Shown here in pieces: positions 49,844 to 63,378 of a stretch of 64,000 bases of DNA. A model generated the notes under the pieces. It searched no databases. It was not told the origin of the DNA and saw nothing but the letters and a program-made list of their open reading frames with translations. A program made the position numbers and the translations under genes. This DNA is from Paragordius varius (Eukaryota; Animalia; Nematomorpha). Where the stretch lies: contig OZ176054.1 of NCBI GenBank assembly GCA_964247055.1, positions 1,984,001 through 2,048,000 of the forward strand. The letters run 5' to 3'. Positions within the stretch are counted from its first letter, which is position 1. Every line of letters starts with the position of its first letter.

Positions 49844-50959
49844 ACCATTTACACTTCAAGAGTGTCCTTGAACAATTCAAGTTGGTCCTTGAACAATTCA
49901 AGTTGGTCCTTGAACAATTCAAGTTGGTCATTGAACAGTTCAAGTTGGTCCTTGAACAGTTCAAGTTGGTCCTTGAACAATTCAAGTTGGTCATTGAACA
50001 GTTCAAGTTGGTCCTTGAACAATTCAAGTTGGTCCTTTAACTTTTTTGTTTTGTTTTTAACTTTTATCAATCAAATCGAAAATAATTCGTCTATTTATTG
50101 TTTTTAACTATTTTATATTATTTAACATAAATTTTAAATCGATATCAACTTTTAATCTTTGAAAAACCGTATATCTTTATTAATTTCTTAAAATAAATTT
50201 AGATATTTATAAGATTTTAGCACGAAATGAAAAAATATATAAGTTTTCTAGGTTATTAATTAAAATTTTTCATTAAAAACATTTAAAAGTCAAAAGTTTT
50301 GTTCAATTGAAAAAAAATAGTTTGAAACAAAAAAAAAGGTTTCTCAATAAAATTTTTTATTTTTAAACGAATAAATATATAATAAATAAAGAAAATTAGG
50401 TTAATAAATAATTAAATAAAAAAATAAATGCAAAAATTATGGTTAAATCAAAATTTATAAATTTTAAGGACCAACTTGAACTGTTCAAGGACCAACTTGA
50501 ACTGTTCAAGGACCAACTTGAACTGTTCAAGGACCAACTTGAATTGTTCAAGGACCAACATGAACTGTTCAAGGACCAACTTGAATTGTTCAAGGACACT
50601 CTTGAAGTGTAAATGGTATATTAATTAAAATTTTTCATTAAAAACATTTAAAAGTCAATAAATTTGTTCAATTGAAAAAAAATAGTTTTAAAGAAAAAAA
50701 GTGGTTTTTCAATAAAAAAACTTATTTTTAAATGAATAAATATATAATAAATAAAGAAAATTAGGTTAATAAATAATTAAATAAAAAATAAATGCAAAAA
50801 TTATGGTTAAATCAAAATTTATAAATTTTAAGGACCAACTTGAACTGTTCAAGGACCAACTTGAATTGTTCAAGGACCAACTTGAACTGTTCAAGGACCA
50901 ACTTGAATTGTTCAAGGACCAACTTGAATTGTTCAAGGACACTCTTGAAGTGTAAATGG

Positions 50960-50960
<1 letters not shown>
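49844..50960. mobile_element. Foldback subfamily B with a tandemly duplicated right arm
   Basis: Left end 49844 with 8 units; first right end 50617 with 6 units; the interior from ~50256 is repeated from ~50621 to a second right end at 50960 with 5 units. ATAT at all three ends. Confidence 0.92.
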
Positions 50961-51011
<51 letters not shown>

Positions 51012-54000
51012 AAAACAAAACAATATTTTCAAAAGATTTTAGTTTTTAGATGTGGACTCCGAAAGTCTCAAATCTAAAATGGGCTAGTTGCCTTAATTAA
51101 AGGCAAAAATGCAGGGACCGCGCGAATTTAGCTACATTGTGAGATCTACTGAAAATATTTTTAAAAAAATACATGCTCTCTTCAAAAATTAATTTTTAGC
51201 AAAATTTTGTTAATCCGTACCTTATACAATATATATATATAGAGTCATTACTGAAATGGTTAATTAACGCATTAAGATATCAAAAAACACCTTTTCTATA
51301 TAATTCAAAAAAGCTGAACTTTTCTATTACCTCAAAATTCTGAAAACATTCGTTCGTCTTCAAATAATAATGTATAAAATGAGTTTTTTTTATAAAAGTT
51401 TACCGAAATTTGAAAGTAAACAAACCATTAAAATTAAAATTCTGAAGCATTATTCATCATCATATATATAGAAAAGGTTTTTTTACAATATCTAAAAGCG
51501 TTTTATGCCTAAAAATAGTTAGAAGTACGCTTCAATATTTGCTAAAGATTAATTTTTGTAAAAATATATACATTTGAAGAAAAAATTGATGTTAAATACA
51601 TTCAAAAATTTTATATCTCACAATCTCGTCATTTTTTCTCTAATTTTATAGTGTAAACGATTTGCAAAATAACTCTCCAAAAGATATCATCTAACTATAA
51701 ATAATTTTAAATTTGTTTCTATATTTTCGGTACCTCATGTTCACCCTCATAAAATTCTATTTTCGAAAACCAGATCACGATAAAACTTTTGATATGGTCA
51801 ATTTTGTTGCAAAACAACCAAATTAAAGAGGATTACTATTATATTATTATGTCATCTCAAAAGGTCATAAGGCACAGAAATTTGTCATTGTTTTTTCTCA
51901 AAATGTACAAATTAACATTTTTATGAACTTGTTACAAAATTAAATATATAAATAAATCTTTGAAAATTTATGTGAAATACAAATGACCTGAGAATATATA
52001 TATATATATATATAGAGGTTGCATTTAAATTTTAAATAATGCCAAACCAAAAAAACATGAATCGGAACTGTCATTTGTCTTTATATTACTGAAAAAAATA
52101 CAATTTTAAATATTTTAATTCTGAAATTTTTTATACAATTCTTTCATAAATATTAGATTTTTTTTATATTTTTAATCACAATAGTGGATTACATTAACTT
52201 ATATTTAAAAGAAATTGACCTGTTTAAATTGTACATTTACTAATGATTTTTTAACATTGTTTTTTTCACATATAACTTTATTATCTTTCAATAAATAACT
52301 CTTCACCTATATAAATATATTTTATAAACAGTTTTTCGATGAGAGAAAAAAAGAATAAATTGATTACTTTTGAATCGATCTTTAGTTCTCTGAGATTATC
52401 ATTGAAAAAAATTTCTGCTATACATATAATACGGACTATACTAGCCAAGAGTCTTTGCTCAATAAAATCCAGTGATTAATTTTAATAAAATTTATTTGTT
52501 TTACAATTTAACCAAGTTTACAGGAATGCAAATTAACATATATAATTATTTAAGACAATAGGTCAGGCAGATATATCTACTATAACGCTGAAGGAAGAGA
52601 GTTATGATATCAATAAATTCTTTGCATAGTTTTGACAATTTTATAACCTTAAATTTCCGGAAATCGCGATTGAAAAACAAAATTGTATTTTATGATGAAT
52701 TAACGCATATATCCATATTTTATTTAGTTTAGTTTTGTTGGTAAAAACAGAATATTTTGTCACTATTGGTCCAAAAAATAAGGCCCATCAGAGATTTTGA
52801 GCTAATTTTCAAAGGAATAACGTTTAGCAAAAGAAAAATTTAAAAAATTCTAGTTGAATTTTTTAATCAGACCATTTATATTTTTTGATATGGTGATTAT
52901 CAATTTGAACGGGATTTAACCATTATGTGAAATATGGATTTTATTATATTTAAATCATAAATAGGTAAAATTAACCCATCTAACCCTATTCTCATCATTT
53001 CGATTTTACGGTACAAGGCTGAATTAATTTATTTTATTTAGATATACGCATAAAAATATTTTTATAAAATTTAATTACAACACTAATAAAAAATCATTTA
53101 AAAGCTTCCTCCAAATATTCCAGCACCTACCAACCTTTTCTTTATGGAATATAGTTTAAATTACTGTTGTAAATTTGCATAATTCCATAATTTAGCTACC
53201 TATACTCTTATAATAACTATACACGCAAACGCAAACTTTATTATTGAGATGCTGCTAAGTTCGTAAAATCATTTAAAAGGAATGGAAACCACAGCGATTT
53301 AAATAGCAAGCGAGAATCCTGTCGCCTCTAGAGGAGAGACGACGCGCAACACATAAAGTATATGTAATAATATTCAGGTTACACCTACCTGCCTTCATAC
53401 TAAAAAAAATCAAAGAGAATAGACAGACTTAATTAAGACATATTCATATGGTATTTCTCTGGACTTGTTAAATGTCATTTTGGTATTTAATAATTCTTTT
53501 GGAAAATGATTTTTCCTTCTTTTTATGAATATATGTGATGAAGCTAATTTAATATTACATATATTACCAATATACCAATAAGGGGGGATATTTCGCAAAT
53601 AAGTTATATTACTACTAATCATACATGAATAAACACAGAGAATATATCTTTAAAATAAAAAAATCCTAATAAATTACCTACGCACTGAAAGGATTAATTT
53701 ATGCACAAAAAAGCATTAATGTAGTCCCCCAGTGAATTCACCCTTAGTTTTTATATCATTTAAGATATGTATACCCCTGTTGTATATAATACCATTTAAC
53801 AAAGGTGTAAAATGTAAAAATCGAAAATGCCTAGTTTAATGATTAGCCAATATAAAATTCAAAAGAATAAGTAATCTCTCCCCCTATATTATTAATAATA
53901 AAAAAACAAAATAAAAAATTAATGGGTTTTCAGGTATCATATTAAGTAAGTAAGATTTTTATATATAAAAAAGAAAAAAAAATCATTTAGTATTTAATAA

Positions 54001-57000
54001 ATTCAGTTCTAATACATTTTAACTTTAATATTCCTCTCTCATAGAGGTGTATATTTATATCTAGGGATCTTTTTTTTTCTTTTATTAAAAAAAAATATAT
54101 AAAATAAAAAAAAATATAAATATATAACTAGAGATGACTTAAATGACCTATATATATACAATATATAGTACAGAGTTATGATAAATATTTTTCAAAATAT
54201 GGAAAATAAAGCACTAGGAAAAAACTAAAATATATTAAAAATTTATAAATAAAATATTGAAAGATACATCATATGATGGCCATTAAATCAATATATATAT
54301 ATATAATTATTTTAAAGAAATTATTTACCAAATCTAAATAAAAAAAAAGTTTAGTGATAATTAAAAAAGTATATATAATTATAACAAATTATAATATAAT
54401 TATATCATTAGATGAAAAAAAATTATGATGCATTCCTGATGCTAAAACATTAAAAATATGAATAGATGAAAATATTTTATTATCATTATAATATAAATAA
54501 TACATTTAAATTTTTTATAATACGCGCATATATACCTGGAAAAGGGGAAACACTTATTATTCCTATTTTTATATTTATTTTATACAAAAATTATAAATGC
54601 TTCTTCTTTTTCCATTTTAAACTTTGTTTCTAAAGTTTCTACCTTTCTTATTAAAAATAAATTAATAAATTAAAAATAATAATTATGAAATTTTGTTTAT
54701 AAAATATTTAAAAGATATTCCACATTTCTCTAAACTATCCGCATTTTTCCGTTACACCACACTCACATGCGCTAATATTAGCCAAATAAATTATCTTTAT
54801 TTAGCATAATCTTCTGTTATAAATTCAATATCACATTATAATTTAAAATAAAGCCCATTTTTTTATATTCCAAATTTTTACACATCGCTTGAGGCAAAAA
54901 ACGCGCTTAATTTGAAAAATACTGTTATGTTTCGGTTTAATTCGCTACAGATTGATTCAAAATATCGGCTGTTATACTTTCTGAAATTATTATTATTTTC
55001 ATTAAAATTCAAGAAGACGTAATAGTTGTTGATTAATTATTTTATCTAATATATTACCCCCTAAAAGTATATTCACTAAACTTTTCAAGTGTCATTACCA
55101 TCCCGATATTTTTAGGGTAATAATTTTAATTTTTATATTTATTTTATTTTAATATTTAAATTTTTTCCTAAATTTTTAGTTGTTTTCATTAACTATATCA
55201 GTTTATATATATATATATATATATATCACATATATTTAAGGTTAAGTAGGATTTATAATTATAATTTTCAAAAAAAAAATTTCCATTTTAACAGTTAAAA
55301 TACATATATAAATATATAACATGTTTATAACAATAAATATTTATGTTTAACTGTTTTTATTACACTCATATTTCATTTTTTTCTTGGTAGTTTTTTAAGT
55401 TACGAAAATTTTAGATGTAAACCTAACATATAATTAAATTTTTAATTTTATTTTTTTTTCTATTGAATATTTTTAAGGGCCAACTTTAATACGTATTTTT
55501 GGAGATTTTTAAAAATTAAACAAAAATAATCAATTAGATCTTTGCAATTTTTACCAATGAATTGGAATTTTATATATTTTATGTACAAAAATATGTTTTT
55601 CGGTTATAACTATCAGTAAGATATTTTCACACTTTGCTAATTTTAAACCTTTATATATATTTAATATATATATATATATATATAACACTAATTGTTATAA
55701 TTTATTATTTTTACATATTTATAAAACTGTTTATTGCGAAAAAGTTGTAAAACATATAAAAATAATAATAATTAATTAAAGTATATTAAACTTCTTCTTT
55801 AAGAAGGTATAAATTGAATATAATAAAACATATCTAGAAATATATATATATATAGGAAAACAGATATTAATATTAGCAAAAAAATAAAGTAATTCCAATA
55901 GATAAGTACAAACTGGTACGCCCTGATGATTTTATTTTAATTTATATTATAAAAAAAACTTTTATCTGTATTTTGTTAATAAGTCAGATTCAGTTTTACC
56001 TAACTAAGTTAATGTTTTTCCAGGTATAAATTACAAGGAAGTTAATTAAAGCACTTTTATTGAAAATTTTGGATTCTTTTTGAAAAAAAAAGTTGAAATT
56101 ATGTGTTTAAATGTCCATATTTAACATGGTAGTTAATCAAAATATAATATATTTATCAATTATAATTCGGTAAAAATCTTTTGTTTTATAAAAATATTTT
56201 TTGCGGTTTTCTTATATAATCACAAAAGCGGCGGTAAGATAAACAAAATGAAAAATCAAAGAAGAAAACATATTTGTCAGTTAATTAGATAACAATATAA
56301 TTGTGTATGTATTTGATAATAAGTTTTAATTTTTATGTTTAATTAAAATTTAACCAAATTTTATTTTAAATATAAAGAATTTTTGTATGGTTTTCAGAGT
56401 TTCCAAGTTGGTAATTTAAACATGATAGATGTAAGGCAATTTTGCGTTAAAATATCTTTTCAATTTTTGATAATTTAAATTTTTATCAATTTTTCAACCA
56501 ATTACATCCAATTATTAAAATTTTTATATGTAATTTATTGAGTTTCGAGTCTTTTCAAGGTTAAAAGGTGTATGGACTAAATTTATTAAAAACTCTATCG
56601 GTCTGCTTAGGACTGATGGTTATAATAAAAAAATGCGGGATTTCAGGGTTGGAACTATGGCTACCCACTCGCTCAATATATAAATCCGACGCCCTACAAA
56701 TATAAATAGAATAATTTTCCGTTGGTCAACCTTATTTTGTATAAGACACTATTTTTAATCTCGATTATAAGTTTTAAGGTCGTTATAAAATTTGAGCCAT
56801 TATTTTTTCCAAAAATTTTCCATATATATCAACAGCCAATTTTTATTTCGAACCCTATACTAAAAGGCAAAAAATAGTTTTATTAGACATATTTTGCTAT
56901 TCATTTAGGCATTTATTCTAAAAGTTAATGAAATTTTTGCCTACAGATTTAACATAAAATAAAAAAATCATTTGATAAAAAATATTTTTTTATAAACAAT

Positions 57001-59505
57001 TTTAATTAGTCTATATTTTGAAATTGCTTCCATTTTTATTTATTTATGATAACTCAAGGCTTAGTGATTCCAATTTAAAATAAAGACTCAATTTGTGTTT
57101 CAGTGTTAAGCATTTAATAGTGTCTTTTTCATATTTTTATAAATGCAATGGAAATTATCATAGACTTTTAAATCCGAAAATAAATTAAAAATTATATAAT
57201 TTAACAATAAAATGCATTTTAATTTAAATTATTGTATTTCACCAATTTTAATTTTTGAAAAAGTAAAAATTGGCCACCAAAAGTTTTAAAGGTGCATTTT
57301 ATTAAATTGACAGTTTTTTATAAATTTTAACTAATACACGGTCATATCGTTAATATTTTTTAAAATTAAAGTCAAAGCTTTGATGCTATTTTAAATTTGA
57401 TAATTAATTTTTTGGATTTTGATTCAACAAAAGCAAAATCGTTGCAAAGTTTAAATTTACTATTTACTCTTGGCAAATTAAAATTATCGGGACTTTGGAT
57501 AGATATGATACTTTTAAAAATACTAAAGTAAACTAAAATTTTGGATATATAATATTTATGATTTGTAGGTTATGACTAGCTTATTCCAACCATTTAAATT
57601 TTTTTATGCAATTGTTTATTTAGGGTGGATTATGTATAACCAAATTTAGCCGGTTAGATCAGATAATTTAATTTATTATCACTTAATTTTTCCGTATTTT
57701 TTTACAATCTTACATGAATCGGCCGCTTATATTATTATTATATAGTTTGTTGAAAAATTATGTTTCCATAAAAGGGGGCGGTTAACTGTTTATAACTCAT
57801 GGCAAAAACATATATATCATTTACAATATTTTCGACTTAGCCCATTACTTTAAGTTTATACCCTAAAATTTATCATTGTTTATATATGTGGAAAAAATGA
57901 CTTGATTTCCCTTTTTTCAATCATAATTAAAATTTATACCGTTTCCCCTTCCATTAAACCAACATGCCTAAGAAAAAAATTTCCTGTAAACTAAACTAAA
58001 ATCATCACAAAAAGTAGTGAGTTTAAAACAACAGCAGCTTTTAACGACACAAACGTTTCATTAGTTAGATTTTCACCGTTAAAAATGACATAGAAGAGAG
58101 AGAGAGATGAAAAATTATAATTTTTTATTAAAGTGGGTTAATGTAATAAAAATAAAAAATAATAATAATGTTTGCTATAAAATAAAGAAATCTTATTTTG
58201 AAAATATTAATATTTTTCATATTTAAGAGCATAATTAATTTATAATAAACTCTGTGATTGCAAAAATCATATACTTAATTAAATATTTTTTTTACCAATT
58301 TTATTATAAACGTTAAATGATTAATTTAAAAACGATAACTTATATTTTTAAACATAAAATTTTAGATAGACAAAAAATTTAAATAATAGACCCCTATTCT
58401 GCCATTAAAAATCTAACTGAAGATGTATGCAAATATCACTATGCAGTTTCATAATTGTTAAATATTAAATGATAACAAATATGTTTTATTTGCCATAAAA
58501 AGTCGAAATTTTTATTTTGGGGTTTTATTTATATACGGGCCGCTAGATAGAGGCATTGCTTTTCAAATTAAAGATTTCAAGCCAAACGCCATATGAGCGA
58601 ACGAAATGGGCTTATACCAAAATGCGTTAAACAACTGATTTTTTTGATTACACAAATTCAATATAAAAATAAAATTAAACTTTTATAAATCCAAATTCTT
58701 ATATAGTTGTTAAATACGAATATAATTATCTAATTTTTTCATGGTGAAATAAAGGACTTTAAATTTTTTGAATAAGGTAAATGCGATAATAAAATGATTT
58801 CATATAATTAATTTGAAAGGGTTTAGAAAAATGATTTTAAATGTATATGATTACTGGAACATATAAATAAGCGAATTTGTTTTGGTTTTGCTTAATCTTT
58901 ATTCCTTTTAATTTTGAAGAGAAAAAAATATTTTAAAATTCATGGTAAGTTATTTTGTGAACATTTAGGCTCATTCAAACTATTTAAAACTTTGTCCTAA
59001 TTTTTTATATTAATGGATAATAGGACCCGATTTTAAAATTGAAAATATTTTTAACTTTCACATCATAGATTTTAGCATTTATTATAATGAGGAAATCTTT
59101 TTTTTGCTCGCACATATACTAAATAAAAAGCCTGCCGAAAAATTAGAGTATAATTTCTCTTTGAAGACAAAATCAATCATAACCAATATTAGGCATTATA
59201 TTATAGTGAGATTTTTTAAAATATGTTATTTTTCAATATTTTCTACAAATTGAGCTTAATTTTAAATTCAAATTGCAGATAAAAAATTTAAGGCTATTTT
59301 AAAACATTAGATTATTATTTATTGCTAATGAATATATAAAATTTTTAGCATGATTATTGTTTTATCAATCGTTAGTATGTATAATTTTGATTTTGTCCAA
59401 ACAAAACAACCTACATTCCCCAATACTGATCGCAGATCTGAATTTCTTAAAACATAATTTTATTCAAATTTGAATATGTCTAAGATGTACGTACTACTCT
59501 TATTA

Positions 59506-60616
59506 CACTAGACAACAAATTTTTCTAACACTCGAGTTTTTTGCATTTTCTGATATATCATTTTAACAGTAAATCTGAAATAAAATTATAACTCGATGGA
59601 AGAATTTTGTATAATTTGATTATTTTGATTATGCGCCCTCTTTATCAAAATTTTACTAAAAAATGTTTTTCTATGAAAATATACAAGTAATGACCATTTG
59701 TAATATATCATATGAAAGAGTAATAAAAACTTTATAAAATGCATACTAATATGTATTACATCGACAGTTAATATTGGACACAGAGAGCGACAAACGCGCG
59801 AAGCGAGAACATTTTTTTAATTAATATATTTTTAAAACTAATGGATGAAAATAGCTCGAACTTTGTTTAGATGGAGATGAATGTCCAAAAACGATAACAC
59901 AAGAAATTTTTTTTTGATTAAAACATTTTTTATTGCTTTTATGTCACTCAAAACAGCCATTTTTAAGTTTTTTGTTTTTTAAAAATTACCATTTCATCAA
60001 TATTAATTTATTTTCTTTACAAGGCTGATAATTTCAAAATTTTGAAGATAAAAGCAAAGTTTAAGGTATTTTTGATCTATTATAGCCATTATGTAATAAA
60101 TTTACAGTTATAACTATGCATTTTAGTATCAACTAGGTAAAATATTTATGATAATAATAATTTTTATTAAAAAAGCAAACCAAAAGCTTTTTCAAACATT
60201 TTTTTAAAATTAAATACTAATATAACCCTAATAATTATATTAAAATTATTTATAAGATTTTCAAATTAGTTTGTCTGTGAAAATTCTTGACTTTATTTAA
60301 GGGTTGAAAATTTCGACCATTTAAAGCCAAATAACTTTTACATCCGATTGAATATGACTTACTACCATTTAAAAGATAGTTTTTTACGCTCTTTCGAATG
60401 ATATAAAATACATGGCTTCATATCTAAAACTTTAAATTTTCTAAATTTCGAGTTTAATGTTAAATCGGGGCCAAAAATTATCGATAAAGTCTAATATAAA
60501 AAAATTCTTCCATGCTAGACCAATTTTCTTTTCAGATATACTAAATATGTACTTTAATGAAATAAATTTTAAATTTACAAGAATGGCAGTTAAAAGTTAA
60601 AATTTGTTGTCTAGTG
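59506..60616. mobile_element. Non-autonomous CACTA-ended element, copy 2
   Basis: Perfect 17-bp TIR CACTAGACAACAAATTT; TTA target duplication (59503-05, 60617-19). Confidence 0.85.
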
Positions 60617-61275
60617 TTAGAAATATAATTTGTAATTTCTGTCTAATTGAGCCCTGTGTTTTATATATCTCTATGTTTATAATTTAGAAACCACTTTTAA
60701 CTCCACGATGGTAAATACTTTTTATCAGATAAATATCTGTATATATATATATATATATATATAAATATGATCAACCAAAGTTTGAAACAATATATTGTAA
60801 ATTTTCATTATTTTAAAATAATATACCAGTTTATCAAGTTAATATTTTTGGTTAATGCCAAATATACCTAAACAATTAAATTTAAAAGTAATGTCATGTA
60901 TATTATTTTTTTCATATTGCAATAATTTGAAAAAAGACATATTAAATTAATAGAGCGTAAATATTTCATTTGACTTGGAAGTCGAGTTAGTTGATCTACA
61001 TAAAGTTAACAACAAACATTACATGATAATTTCTTAAATTTAGATATTTTTGTATGAAAAATAAAAATTATGTTATATTTAAATTTTTCTTATACTTATT
61101 AAATGAAAAAATTGTAATTAAAGGATAATATCTAAGGGTAATTAAGAAAGTTGCAGCTAGTTTTATAAATAATATTTACAGAAAAAGGCATTTATGAGTT
61201 TTTATAAACCAGTCCTTATACGCCATTTAATAAATGTCATAACATTTTCTTTAGATCCCACAAAAAGTTGGAAAA

Positions 61276-62837
61276 ATGAAAATCAGGATGCTACACTTTC
61301 AAAATCAAAGCTCAATTAGGATATGTAGTGTGCTGTATTCATTAAGTCTAATATTTATCCTTCAATGTCTACTATACACGAGGATAGATGCCCAAGGAAG
61401 TGAGATATTAAATTTTAACGAAACAAAATTTTGTTACCTGTTTTAAAAATTTTACCGTAAAAATTTTTTTTTTATATAATTTAGAAAAGCTTAGATATTT
61501 ACTACATACATTATAAATTGTTATCATATAGTTTTAGCGGTTTTTTCAATAGCAGCACATGCAGGAAATACAATAGTTATTAAGTCTGAAATATTTATTT
61601 GTGATTTCCCGATTTTATTAATCAATAAAATTCAATATGCTTATAAAAAAAAAGTATATCTAACTAAATTTATCCAATTATTCAAAAACGTTTTTAATTA
61701 AGGAAAAAACATAAAATTATCATTTAATATAACTATAAATAATTTTTTATAGTTCGATGTGATCCAACCTTCTCAACACCACTCAATTCAATCATATCTA
61801 CAACGACGACTACAGACAATTCTACACTAAACGAAAAAAAGCTCCTGGGGGGTACCGGTTGTGAAAAATATATCAATGAACATTGTACAGCTCGAATACC
61901 CGACGTGTATGAATGTGATTGTATCTCTGGATATACTAGAGATGTTGCTAATCGAACCTTTAACTGTCTCAGTATGATTTTTTAAATTTAAAAAAGCCAA
62001 AAAATTTTGAGTAAATCAACTGATTTATAACTAAATGTATAAATTTTGATCGATGTAAATTATTATCTTTAGAAATCTCCCAAAATTACAGAATTTCCAT
62101 CCTTCTGCCAAATATTAAATACACGCATGCATTTAAAGATTCTAGTTCGCCGGCTTTTATGGAGTTTCAAGCCGAAATTTGGTTCAAGGTAGAATTAAAT
62201 ATTTTTTCCAATATGTGCATAATTATATATATATATATATATAGTAAGTATACTCCGGTAGTTTTTCCCTAAGATAGAGCATTATGCTCTAATAATAGTA
62301 AAAAAAGAAAAAAAAACAATATTTTAAGCCTATGGTTATCTGACAATATATATAGAGAAATATTGAAATTATACGGATAAAACTTGAAAATATAAAGACA
62401 AGTATTTTTTTAACCTTGAGTTTTGATTCCAATTGTAAAATCCATAAACTGTAACATCTCTGTAATAATGTTTATTAGATCTTAACATACCTGTATACGG
62501 ATCATCAATTACCAATCCTTAGCATTGACTTGATATCAACTGTACATTGGCGACGCCATAATTTAGTGGCCAACTTGAAATTTATGCTGTACGATGCTGT
62601 AAATGATCAGCAGTTAAATGCATCTCTTATCGATTACTTCGCTCAAAATAGGGAAGATAGAAAATTTGGACAAGCCTGGCCCCTTACAATAACTCTTGAT
62701 ACGGGTGGGTGAGCACCAATGATAGATAATATTTATAGCAACGAATAAGTTTTTGTGGTTAAAATATGAAAAAATAATAAAATTTTATAAATGATTTTCA
62801 CTGTAAAGTGTTTTTTACGTCTAAAAATTAGTTCCTC

Positions 62838-62882
<45 letters not shown>

Positions 62883-63378
62883 AAATATTTGTTTTCGTTT
62901 CATTGACCGCTTTAGGTATTAAAAGATATAATTAAATCAATTATCATAAACAAATGGAAAAACTATTAAATATTACGGTAAATGAAAAAATATAAAAATA
63001 ATGACAAAATTCTCCATGGTGAAGTTTTTATATAATATATAATAATAAGATTACTAATTTACTAATGCTATAAGATTGCTTGCTATTAACCATGTACCTG
63101 GATAATCTTTTATAATAATTATTATACAGAAACCGCCTGTGAAGTCAAACCTCCAGGATCTGAAATGGTAGCTGGATTTCACGATGGCCTTAACCCAATC
63201 GAAGAATATCTAATCGATTCGACCTTTGACAACAATAATACCACGAAAAATGGTGAACATTGGGACGATGTATGTGCCAAATCTGGCGCGCCCGAAGAAC
63301 AAATCTGCGATCCTGACAAAAAGGTTTGCGTATGTAAGCCAGGAAAACACTTTGATCATCGTTTCAGGGAATGTAAAG
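61276..63378 (+). CDS. 5' part of a secreted or surface protein: signal peptide, EGF-like, SEA-like, EGF-like; 3' end not found in the window
   Basis: Exons 61276-61399, 61753-61971, 62073-62188, 62479-62704, 63130-63378 chain in phase. Hydrophobic leader; CxC..GY..C and CVCKPG..C EGF ends; KYTHAFKDSSSPAFMEFQAEI is typical of SEA domains. Confidence 0.8.
62355..62440. mobile_element. Left-end fragment of the Tc1/pogo-type MITE
   Basis: ATTGAAATTATACGGATAAAAC...AAAGACAAGTATTTTT matches the copies at 35782 and 46274. Confidence 0.6.

Noticed and set aside
49861-50040. 21-bp array as a CRISPR array
   Set aside because: Units are head-to-tail with no unique spacers, form transposon arms, and sit in a eukaryotic context with no cas genes.
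49861-50040. TTGAACAATTCAA as heat-shock elements
   Set aside because: An HSE needs GAA-nn-TTC; the spacing here is three bases, and adjacent units do not continue the pentamer phase.
49713-51049. ORFs with perfect heptads (EQFKLVL, KDQLELF, SLNNSSW, NCSRTNL) resembling leucine zippers
   Set aside because: They are translations of the 21-bp foldback unit, which is stop-free in several frames on both strands; no splice or start context supports them.
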